From: Chiloscyllium plagiosum
Taxonomy: Eukaryota
Assembly (NCBI RefSeq): GCF_004010195.1
Contig: NC_057718.1
Location: forward strand, 78,480,935-78,544,934
Direction of reading: 5' to 3'
DNA: 64,000 bases
A program made the position numbers and the translations under genes. Below, piece after piece: positions 14,501-26,500 of this stretch. The notes beneath the pieces are model-generated. The model was not told where the DNA came from. It worked only from the letters and a program-made list of their open reading frames with translations, and searched no databases. How positions within the stretch are numbered: position 1 is the first letter of the stretch; each line of letters starts with the position of its first letter.

Positions 14501-17500
14501 ACCCTCTAAGAGATTTAATCTGCTTTACAAGTCCTATAGTTAGCCGCTTTTAATGGGTGCTTGATCTGAATTTCTCTCCTTGGTTGCTGGGTTTTTTTTT
14601 AGAAAAACTGATCTCATTGATTTTTCTTTTCCCTTGTTCCCCCTACTGCTAACTTTTAAAAATATCTTTACAAGTGTCTTTGGTGGCTTCTCTGTAGGAA
14701 CTTTGTTTTTAATTCATAGCTTCTATTCAGCTTGATAGCTGATTTCTCACTGGTCTTAAAAGCGTTGTTTTGGAAAAGTAGTTTTTGTTTTTAGTTCTTT
14801 GCTTCTCCATTGATTTTAGTCTGATTCTTGATCTACACTAATGTCATGATTTTCAAAATAGTGGATCCCACTGCTGCCATCTACTTTTATCATGTGGTTT
14901 TCTGTCCACTAAGAGCTGGGTTTGAGACAGACTGATGGAGGTAAAGGCAAGGTCAAGAACTGTCTCCAGGCTTAGTCTTCTTTGTTTATCGCATGCATGG
15001 TAATCTGAAACTTATCAGGCTCTAATCTTACCTTTACATTGTTAAGAGACTATTCCTTGGACATTATCAATCTTCTATCTTTAACCTATCTAACTAAGTC
15101 CACCCTGGTTGCATCCAGTGGGCATAAAAAGCACAATCTCATCACAAGATTGCACCAGGGTCCTAGCTACCAAATAAAGCTATTGGACTATTACCTGGTG
15201 CTGTTTGATTTTAATTAATTAACATTAGTCCAAAAATGGCTAGGTCTATACCTCATGGTAGACTGGTTAGCAAGGTTAGATCATATGAAATACCGTGAGA
15301 ACTAACTATTTGGATACAGAACTGGCTCGAAGGTAAAAGAAAAGGATGGGAGTGGATGGTTGTTTTTTCGGACTGGAGGCCTGTGCCACAAGGATCGGTG
15401 CTGGGATCATTGCTTTTCATGATGGATATAAATTATTTGGATGTGAACATAGGACGTATGGTTAGGAAGTTTGCAGATGACACCAAAATTAGAGGTGCAG
15501 TAGACAGAGTACAACAGGATCTTAATCAAATGAACCAATGGGCTGAGGAGTGGCAGATGGAGTTTAATTTAGATAAATATAAGGTGTTGCATTTTGGAAA
15601 GGCAAATCAAGGCAGGACTTATACACTTAATGGCAAGACCCTGAGAAGTGTTGCTGAACAGAGAGACCTTGGAGGGCAGGTTCATAGTTCCTTGAAAATG
15701 GAATCGCAGGTAGATGGATATTGAAGAAGGGTTTGGTACACTTGCCTTTATTGGTCAGTCCATAGAGTCTAGGAGTTGGGAGTTCATGTTCTGGTTGTAC
15801 AGGGCATTGGTTAGGGCTTTTGGAATACTGCAAGAAATTCTGGTCTCCCTGCTTTAGGAAGGTTGTTGTGAAATTTGGAAGAGCTCAGAAAACATTTACA
15901 AGGATGTTGCCAGTGTAGGAGGGTTTGAGCTAGAGGGAGAGGTTGAATAGATTGGGGCCATTTTCCCTGGAGCATCAGAGGCTGAGGGGTGAACTTATAG
16001 AAGTTCATAACATCATGAAGGGCAATGGATAGGGTAAATAAATATGGTCTTTTCCCTGCGGTAGAGGAGTCCAACATTAGAGGGCATTGCCCTAAGGTGA
16101 AAGGGGAATGATTTAAAAGGAATCTAAAGGGCAACTTTTTCATGTAGAAGGTGGTGCATGTATGGAATGAGCTGCCAGAGGAAGTGGTGGAGACTGGAAC
16201 AATTACAGAATTTAAAAGGCATCTGGATTGGTATATCAATAGGAAGGGTGTGGAGGGATATGGGCCAAATGTTGGCAAATGGGACTAGATTTATTTAGGA
16301 TATAGGTCAGCATGGACGAGTTGGACTGACGGGTCTGTTTCCTTGCTGTACATCTCTATGACATTATGGTCCGCAGGTGTAGATACCATGTCTAAATGAT
16401 TCACTCACTCATTCAATGGACCAGATTAACCTTTTCTGCACTCCCTCATGACTGTTTTTGCCAAGACTGGGGCTTTAAGCTCATTTTTAAGATAGCAGTG
16501 TCAAAGAATTGGCAGTCTTTTATTCAGCCTTATTGAATGGAACTACACTCTGGAGGGTGGAGATATTGTGCTCTGTGAACCTGTAGTTAAAAAATAGCTG
16601 AAAGCATTCATTGGCTGCTCTCATTCATTCTATCATGTTATTCTACAAATGGAGAAAGGGTGTGAAATAGTCTATATTCTGTATATTCTTTTGAAATTCA
16701 ATCACTAACCATTTTATCCTGTTTCACTCTGATAGAATAATCAATTGTATGCATTTAATTTAATTATTTCTCACTATGTAATCATTACATTTATAAACAG
16801 TGTAATGTAGCCTTTACAAAATCACTGCCTAAATACCTAGTTCTAAGAATTGCAGAATTACACACAAAAACCTTGTTAATGGGGCAATGTCTGAGTGTCC
16901 TTTACCTGCTGATGATTTCCATTGACATCTGCTGGGTAAATTCCAGCTTGAATATGGATGGTTCCTGTTGAGGTTTATCCAATTTGATTGCCTGAACACA
17001 CACTGTGCAGTAGAAAGGAAAAGTTCATATTTTCATGTATCACAATGATCTGTGATACTGTGATACAATAATCTTTGCAATGACGTATAGCCTGTTATCT
17101 TAAGAATGGCACACTGTCATCTGGAATTATCTTGATTCTGTTAAGTTGCCACTGGAGTAATATGCACGCAACTTCATTACAGGTTTGCTATTACCTTGGT
17201 ATACCAAGGGCTTATCATGCGTTTGGGAACTCTGGGAGGAAATATTTACCTTGACTTCTTCATTTCGGGAGCAGTAGAAATCCCAGCAGCAATTCTCATC
17301 CTTTCAACCATTGAGCGGATTGGACGGCGCCTTCCCTTTGCGGCAGGTGGTCTGTTGTCAGGGAGCACTTGTCTAATAGCTGCATTCATACCTGAAAGTA
17401 AGTACTATGGTTAGCACTGGGATTCTGATACAGACCCAGCCCAACAAACTGGATTAGGTGTCTGCTATGCCAATGGAATAAAATCTTAGAGCACAGAACA

Positions 17501-20500
17501 AAGGAATTGAACCCATAATCTCCATTCCAGACCTCCATAAAAACTTCTCATTTGTTCCAATACTCCAATTTTTCCTTATTGCCCTTTTTTAAAATTTTCA
17601 AATACTTATCCAACTTCCTTTTGAATATTGCTATTGAATCTGCTTCTACCACCTTTTTCAGTCAGTGCATTTCAGTTCATTGAATATATTCAAGGGTGAT
17701 TTAGACAGAGTTTGATGATTGATTGAGTAAAGTATGGGGTCAGGCAAAAATAGTTGAGTTAAGATCACAATCAGATCAACTGTGTGATTTTATCACATGG
17801 CAGAGAAGGCTTGATGGCCAAATGATTTTATGACCTTAAATTGTAAAAATTCACTATAGAAAAATATTCCTAATCTCTTCCCTGATTAATTTCTCAATTA
17901 TCTTAGTTCCTGTGCCCTCTGGCTACTGACTGCCCTTCTGATAGAAACAGATCTTTCCCATCCACTATATCAAAATCCTTCATCATTTCAAATACTTCTA
18001 TTAAATCTCACCCTAAATTGCTCTATCCTAACTTCTCCAATTTCCCCATATGACTGAAGGTACTCATCTCTGGTTACAATCTGGTGAAGTAACTGACATG
18101 TACATGAAACTTACTTGGTTCCAGTAAAGTGAGAAAATGCACTAATGCATTATATCTCAGAGCATCAACATAGAAGGTCATAAGAGACACATTCTCTCTC
18201 AGCTGGAAGGTTCATTTCCAGACGTTTTGTTACCCTACTAGGTAACATCTTCAGTGGGCCTCAGGCAAAGCAATGCTGAAAATTCCTGCTTTCTATTTAT
18301 ATTTTGGTTTCTTTGGGTTGATTATGTCATTTCCTGTGGTGAAGTCACTTCTGTTCCTTTTCTCATGTGGTAGATGGGGTTTAACTCGATGTGTTTGTTG
18401 ATAGAGTTCTGGTTGGAATGCCATGCTTCTAGGAATTCTCATGCATTTCTTTGTTTGGCTTATCCTAAAATGGATGTGTTGTCCCAGTCGAAGTAGTGTC
18501 CTTCCTCTTCCGTATGTGAGGATACTAGTGAGAGAGGGTCATGTCTTTTTGTGGCTAGTTGGTGTTCCTGTATCCTGGTGGCTAGTTTTCTGCCTGTTTG
18601 TCCAAAATAGTGTTTGTTACGGTGTCCTTGCACGGTGTTTTGTAAATGACATTAGTTTTGCTTGTTTTCTGTATAGGGTCTTTAAAGTTCATTAGCTGAT
18701 GTTTTAGGTGGCTAGTTTTCTGCCTGTTTGTCCAAAATAGTGTTTGTTACAGTCCTTGCACGGTGTTTTGTAAATGACATTAGTTTTGCTTGTTTTCTGT
18801 ATAGGGTCTTTAAAGTTCATTAGCTGATGTTTTAGTGTGTTGGTGGGTTTGTGGGCTACTGTGATGCCAAGGAATCTGAGTAGTCTGGCAGTCATTTCTG
18901 AGATGTCTTTGATGTAGGGGAGAGTGGCGAGGGTTTCTGGACGTGGTTTGTCTGCTTGTTTGGATTTGTTGCTGAGAAATCAGTGGACTGTGTTCATTGG
19001 GTACCCATTCTTTTTGACTACACAGTATAGGTGATTCTTCTCTGCTGTGTGTAGTTCCTCTGTACTGCAGTGTGTGTTGGTTTGTTGAAATAATGTTCTG
19101 ATGCAGCTTCGTTTGTGGATGTTGGGATGATTGCTTCTGTAGTTCAGTATTTGGCCTGTATGTGTTGTTTTCCTGTAGATGTTAGTTTGAAGTTCCCCAT
19201 TGGCTGTTCGCTCTACTGTGACATCTAGGAATGGCAGTTTGTTGTTGTTTTCCTCCTCTTTAGTGAATTTTATGCTAGTAAGGATATTATTGATGGTCTT
19301 GAAGGTTTCTCTAATTTGTTTCGTTTAGTGATGACAAAGGTGTCATCCACATAGCGGACCCAGAATTTGAGTTGGATGGTTGACAGAGCTGTTTGCACAA
19401 GACTCTGCATTACTGCCTCTGCTAAGAACCCTGATATTGGAGATCCCATGGGTTTTCCGTTGGTTTGTCTGTAGGTTTTTGGTGTTGTAGGTGAAGTGGG
19501 TGGTAAGGCATAGGTCCACTAGCTTGATAATATTCTCCTTATTGATGAAGTTAGTGGTATTTGGTGTCTGTGTCTTTGGGTCTTCTAATAGTTCAAAGTT
19601 TGTGCGAAGATTTGTAGCTCGGGTGCTCGTTGTTGTGGTTCTGTTCGCCGAGCTGGAAGTTTTTGTTGCAAACGTTTCGTCCCCTGGCTAGGCGACATCA
19701 TCAGTGCTGGGTACCCAATATACCAACCACGACAGCGGACAGCTGAAACTGACAACCGGAAACGGCAGGGACAGACCACTATAAACACCAGAGGAAACAT
19801 CAAAGAAGCGCTTCGCAGGAGGCTCCCAAGCACTGATGATGTCACCTAGCCAGGGGACGAAACGTTTGCAACAAAAACTTCCAACTCGGCGAACAGAACC
19901 ACAACAACGAGCACCCGAGCTACAAATCTTCACACAAACTTNNNNNNNNNNNNNNNNNNNNNNNNNNNNNNNNNNNNNNNNNNNNNNNNNNNNNNNNNNN
20001 NNNNNNNNNNNNNNNNNNNNNNNNNNNNNNNNNNNNNNNNNNNNNNNNNNNNNNNNNNNNNNNNNNNNNNNNNNNNNNNNNNNNNNNNNNNNNNNNNNNN
20101 NNAGAATATGGAAAACACTTTTAAAGCAAAAGATGACTGCTTCGGGGAATGAGGTTGTTCCATATTAGATGAATGCTGTGGTTCTGTTTGCCGGGCTGGG
20201 AGTTTTTGTTGCAAACGTTTCGTCCCCTGTCTAGGTGACATCATCAGTGCTTGGGAGCCTCCTGCGAAGCGCTTCTTTGTTGTTTCCTCCGGTGTTTATA
20301 GTGGTCTGTCCCTGCCGCTTCCGGTTGTCAGTTTCAGCTGTCCGCTGTAGTGGTTGGTATATTGGGTCCCGGTCGATGTGTTTGTTGATGGAGTTTGTGG
20401 ATGAATGCCATGCCTCTAGGAATTCCCTGGCTGTTCTCTGTCTGGCTTGCCCTATGATAGTAGTGTTGTCCCAGTCGAATTCATGTTGCTTGTTGTCTGT

Positions 20501-23500
20501 GTGTGTGGCTACTAAGGATAGCTGGTCGTGTCGTTTCGTGGCTAGTTGATGTTCATGTATGCGGATTGTTAGCTGTCTTCCTGTTTGTCCTATGTAGTGT
20601 TTTGTGCAGTCCTTGCATGGTATTTTGTACACTACATTAGTTTTGCTCATGTTGGGTATCGGGTCCTTCGTTCTGTTGAGTTGTTGTCTGAGCGTGGCTG
20701 TTGGTTTGTGTGCTGTTATGAGTCCTAGGGGTCGCAGTACATGAACATCAACTAGCCACGAAACGACACGACCAGCTATCCTTAGTAGCCACACACGCAG
20801 ACAACAAGCAACATGAATTCGACTGGGACAACACTACTATCATAGGGCAAGCCAGACAGAGAACAGCCAGGGAATTCCTAGAGGCATGGCATTCATCCAC
20901 AAACTCCATCAACAAACACATCGACCTGGACCCAATATACCAACCACTACAGCGGACAGCTGAATCTGACAACCGGAAGCGGCAGGAACAGACCACTATA
21001 AACACCGGAGGAAACATCAAAGAAGCGCTTCGCAGGAGGCTCCCAAGCACTGATGATGTCGCCTAGCCAGGGGACGAAACGTTTGCAACAAAAACTTCCA
21101 GCTCTTCCAATAGTGTTATCGGTGTTTCCTTGGCCAGGTTAATGTTGATTGAAGTAAACAGGGCTGTTACATCAAAGGAGACCATTATTTCCTCCTCTTC
21201 TATCTGTGTCTTTGATGGTCTTCAGGAATTCTTGGGTGGAGTGGCATAAGTCTAAGTGTTTTAACTCCTTGGCCAATCTGTAAGTTGGTGTTCCAGGTAG
21301 CGAGACTATGGGTCTGAAGGGGGATCCTGGTTTGAGAGTTTTGGGTAATCTGTGGAAGTGTGTTGGATCCGTCTGGTTTCAGTTTTTGGAAGTCGGTCTT
21401 ATTTATTTCTCCAGATTTCTGAAGTATTTTGAGTCAGGCTGTGATTCAGTTCTCTAGTTGTGGGGTTGGGTCTATCGCCACTTGTTGGTAAGTGTTTAAG
21501 TGTTGGTATCTGTAAGTAGTGCGTTTGCTTTTTCAGTGTAGTCTCTTCAATTTAGAATGACTGTCAAGCATCCTTTGTCTGCAGATAGGATAACAATGTT
21601 TTTATCTTTTTAAAGTCTTTCCAGTCCTTTCCTTTCCTTGTATATTGAGTGTGTTTCCTTCCTTTTTTCTGCTTAATGTTGGTGCGACTACCTGTCTGAT
21701 GGTTTGCTGGGTTTCTTCTGTGAGTTGGTTGTCTTTTAGTGTTGTTTTTAGAATGACTGTCAAGCATCCTTTGTCTACAGATAGGATAACAATGTTTTTA
21801 TCTTTTTAAAGTCTTTCCAGTCCTTTCCTTTCTTGTATATTGAGTGTGTTTCCTTTTTTTCTGCTTAATGTTCGTGCGACTACCTGTCTGATGGTTTGCT
21901 GGGTTTCTTCTGTGAGTTGGTTGTCTTTTAGTGTTGTTTCTAATGCTGCTAAGAAATTGTCCACATCCTGGCAGTTGTAATTTAATCCTCTTACTAAGCT
22001 GGCGTTTTCAATGTCTGTTAAGGGTCGATTAGATAAGTTTTTTAACATGCTTCTGTGTTGTCATTGTTGTTACTTTGTGCGAGTTTGTCTAGTTTTTCCT
22101 GCGGGTCTAGTTTTTTTCATTTTCTGTGTTTGTTGCTGACAGTTAGACCCAATGAACACAGTCTGCCATTTCTCAGCGACAAACCAGAACTCTAACAACA
22201 AACACATCGAGTTAAAACCCATCTACCACCCCATGAGAAAAGGAACAGGAAGTTACTTCACCACAGGAAATAACATCACCACAGGAAATGACATCAGCAA
22301 CCCAAAGAAACCCAAGCATATAAATAGAAAGCAGGAATTTTCAACATTCCTTCGCCTGAGGCCCACTGAAGATGTTACTTAGTAGGGTAACGAAACATCT
22401 GGAAATGAACCTTACAGCTCAGCGAGCAAATATACATCCAAAACCTGAACCTGAGCTACAAGTCTTCTCAAAATTCGCTAACATTTTCTCAGTGACTAAT
22501 TCTTGTTATGCAATTGCGATAATGGACTGTTTATTTTGTCCAGATTACTGTTTAAAAAAAAAACTCAGGGCCCTTTTTGAAGTCAGTAATTGATCCTTTT
22601 TGTGTCACAAAATAATTGGCATCCTATTCCTGCCCTGTTAAAAGCTGTTCACCTGTCAATTGAGCTCTACTTTCTGTTTTTGCCAACTGACATGGAAATT
22701 GGTTATTTCATTACTCAGGTTAGTGACTGCACCAACTTGTACTCACTGCACATCACACCTGCCTCAAACCTGTGGGTATTGACCCAAAGAATAATTGTGA
22801 AATCTTGCAGAAATGCAATTAGTTCATTTAAATCTCTCAACAACCATAACTAGTTATGAACAATTACTTAATTTGTTTTCTGAAAATTCAGTCTTGCTAA
22901 TGGTACTTTTTATCTATATCTTCCATTTCAGGTATCAGTTGGTTGGCAACAGCAATAGCCTTTGTGGGTAAATTAGGAATCACTATCTGCATCGAAATGG
23001 TGATATTTGTAAATACTGAACTATACCCAACATTTATAAGGTGTGAACTGAATAGATGTTCTCCACATTAACAAAAGTTCATCAATGATTCTGAATAAAA
23101 GTATAGCTCTAATTCAGTTATTGATTACACTGAATATCATTATCCATTCTCTTGAACTATGCTGTCAAGGCAAAATCTGACTTGTTGAAAATACTTAGTG
23201 CTTGTGAAATGTGGAAACTATTTTGCATGCCAATAAACATCTTTTTTTTAAAAAACAGGAACCTTGGTGTTTCAGCATGCTCATCACTGTGCGATATTGG
23301 AGGGATTGCTGCTCCATTCATTGTGTACCGACTGTCAGAAATCTGGATGGGGTTACCTCTTGTGGTTTTAGGTGAGGATTGTGTATCAAGTATAATGCAC
23401 TCTGCTATTTTAATGCTGCACTTTTATCACAACTATATCTCTGCCCCTAATTGTAATTTTCAGAAGTTTCAATATGTCCAGAATGGAGAGAGACTTCAGA

Positions 23501-26500
23501 TTTTAATTGTCCAAGAAGCATACACTCATGCCACTTTCTGTAAGAGTTTCCATCCTCAAGAAAATAACCAATTCTACTCCTCCTTTCCCTCTCCAAGTTT
23601 TTCTAGTAACTATATTAACCATACATTAAACCTCCACCACATAAAGTATGTGTCTCACAAAAACATTATTTTATTCTGAAAAAATGACAAAATTTATCCA
23701 CAAACTAACTTGCCAGCTTTCCATCCCAGAGGGGTTTAGTTGTAAAACCCTCCCATTATCAGGAGCCTCATGTTTGTATACTGTCTCACTCACATAATTG
23801 AACTTTTTGAGGAGATCACTAGGATGGTGGATATTGGAGTGATTCTGGATATTGTCCAAATAGCCTTTCAGAGGTATTTCATAAGGTTGACAAGATTATT
23901 AACAAATATAAAAGTACATAAAATTAGAGGCAACGTTATGACATGTTAACTTTTTTGGGAGTTAGGAGACAGTGTAGAGATGCAGTAAACATATTCTGAT
24001 TGGCAATATGTGACAAGTAATGTTCCCAGGGTTGTGAACGAATGCGAGGTCTGTGAATTCCCAAAAGAAGTTCTCTACTCTAAGCTTTGTCACAAGTGTT
24101 TACCAAGAGGTCGGAGGAATTGCTTCAAGGATGACCCCAAGTCCTCCCTTAAAAAAAAATGCAATATCCCCACTAACTTGTGGGAATGTGTTTCCTAAGA
24201 TTGTCCAAATGTGTGGGAGAAGCATCCAAGAAGATGCCACCATTTTGAGCTTCCTGGTAGGCCCAGGTGGAGAACAAGCATAAACAACAGAAAGAGCAGG
24301 TGAAAATTCAAAACCCCACTCAATTGTGTCTTCAAACATCACCTGTCCAATCAGTGGTAGGGTGTGCAGATCAACAATAGGTTGTTTATTCATCCCATCT
24401 CATGACCCGGAATATTGGAGTGAAAAAAAAAAGTCAACCTTGCTCCCGAAGGACTGCTTAAGGAGAATATAATGGAGCTTGGCTTTTTGTTATTTTTTTA
24501 CTAAGTGGGGGAGTAGAAAGCTAATGTCAAAATGTGAAGATGAATTTCAAAGGTGCTGTATGTTTTACGATTGGTAGCAGAAAGTTTTGAAGAGACATAA
24601 TGGTGGCAAATAATGTTCCAGGTTAGAGAAATGTGGTCATTTATTTTTTTTATTAAGAAAAGACCAGAAACTATAGAGGAACTGCTGGAATGTCTGTATG
24701 ATCCCTGCCCCTCTCTGTGGAGCCCTCCTGGCATTATCTGTTTTCTTGATAAGAAGGGGCATCTGGATTGAAACTGAAATGCCTTGCCCTCCTCTGGCCT
24801 TGCTCCTGATGCTAGTGCAGGTCAGAGAGCCACTGAGCATTTTGCTGGAGCTGGACCTCTCAGGTAGGGAGAGGTGATTGTCTCTGTGCTGGAAAAGGGT
24901 GTAGGTGAATACCTGGTCAATATTTTTCATGAGGCTTCACTCTCTTCCACTTCTGAGGTGGTGCTGGTGAGAAGCAGTTCAGGTGGTGGGCCCTTACTCG
25001 CTGAGATTCCCAGGTTGCCATTAGTCTGCCATAACAGAAGTGGGAATGAGTTGATGACCCTGTAGAGCAGTTCATTAGATTACTTACAGTATGGAAACAG
25101 GCCCTTCAGCCCAACAAGTCCATACCGATCATCCAAAGAGCAACCCACCCAGACCCATTCCCCTACATTCACCCCTTCACCTATCACTATGGACAATTTA
25201 GCATGGCCAATTCACCTGACCTACACATTTTTGGACTGTGGAGGAAACCCACGCAGACACAGGGAGAATGTCCAAACTCCACCCAGACAGTTGCCTGAGG
25301 CGGGAATTGAACCTGGGTCTCTGGCACTGTGAGGCAGCAGTGTTAACCACTGTGCCACCGTGCTGCCCATTAATGATGTGGAGCAAAATGCCAGGTGATG
25401 CTCATCCAGGAATTGCAAAGCACCATTTTGCTCACTGTGTAAGTGGTCTTTCTGGTATCCTGTCATCACAGGAACAGTATAATTTACCCTGCGTTGGGTG
25501 TTCGATGATTCTTTCCAAAAAGGGGCTGAGATGCTTGATGTCTGCCACCTTCCCATTGGTCTTCAACCTCTTGACCCGGTCGAGTGCCAGTTTTCCCTGC
25601 AACGAGACAGGGAAAGCTCAAGAATGATGGGAATGGGTCCAAGAACAATTTGTAACCATACACAGTTGTACAGCATGGTAAAGCATCCCAAGTAGGTAGG
25701 AAGCGTTGAGGGCAGGAAGGGTTAGTAGTTTGAGAGGATGAAGTAAGCATGAGCCCTTAAGTGGACATGATCCAACATCCTTGATGAGATGTATTGCCAC
25801 TGGCAGATCTAGACTGTGTGATAGCCCTAGGGCTTGAGATCCTACAGAGAAGATGGTTAACCTTGCAGTATGCAGAAGGTTATTCACCTTCTTTCGGCAT
25901 TGTTGCTCATCCTGTTTTATTGCAGTTACAGAACTGGTCTGCATTAGGATCTGTGTTCAGGCTGGGTGAGGCTGGTGAACTGGCCTCCCACTGTGGTCAG
26001 TCAGGAGAGGACCAACTTCCTCTTGAGTAACTCTGCTGAGCATCACCTCCAGGGCAGTGTTTAGAAATATGGGAGTCAGTTAGGCCTTCTTCAGAGTCAT
26101 TCCTAGTGCCAATCACTACAGCCTGAGGGGCAGGTCCTGCTAGGCTTAAAAAATGGCACAGAGGCTTCAAATCCAGAAGGTTTTGTCAGTGGACAGAGCT
26201 TCTGGCTCTGCACAATATTTTATTTGCATAGGTAAATAAATTGAGAAGCATGTGATTCCATGAGATATGTTGATCTGGTTGATGACAAAGATTATGCGTT
26301 TCAACACGCTTACTATCATTCTTTACCTTTAAAGGAGAAAATGGTGCCCATTGTTATGGCCAATATGAGGGAGATCCCATGAGATCCAATTCTAGTGGCA
26401 TACCAAATACTTTGCATCAGCTGAAGTTATTGGTTAGATTGTTCAACTCAACATTGGACTTCAATAGCTTTCCCAGCCATATGAATTATTTATTTCCACT

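Larger units (their letters stand above)
19593..21102. mobile_element. Younger Penelope family B insertion (inverted pLTR/GIY-YIG arms) nested in family A; spans a gap
   Basis: ORF 20231..20794 [29 protein letters not shown]; flanked by TCTTCTAATAGT (19581-19592) and TCTTCCAATAGT (21103-21114). Confidence 0.88.
18198..22480 (-). mobile_element. Penelope-like element, older family A (RT + GIY-YIG), with inverted terminal pseudo-LTRs
   Basis: [33 protein letters not shown] and [11 protein letters not shown] motifs near 19340-19450; N-terminal NLSNRPLT; 18200-18400 is inverted at 22190-22425. Confidence 0.9.

Noticed and set aside
23152..23679. 175 aa ORF as a standalone gene
   Set aside because: It is SLC22 exon 9 read through into the flanking introns; only 23259-23371 is transporter-like.
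25369..25591. Shared SINE leader as a snoRNA or other small RNA (contains TGTGATGA)
   Set aside because: No matching D box or terminal stem; the sequence is better explained as Harbinger Myb exon 2 plus intron.
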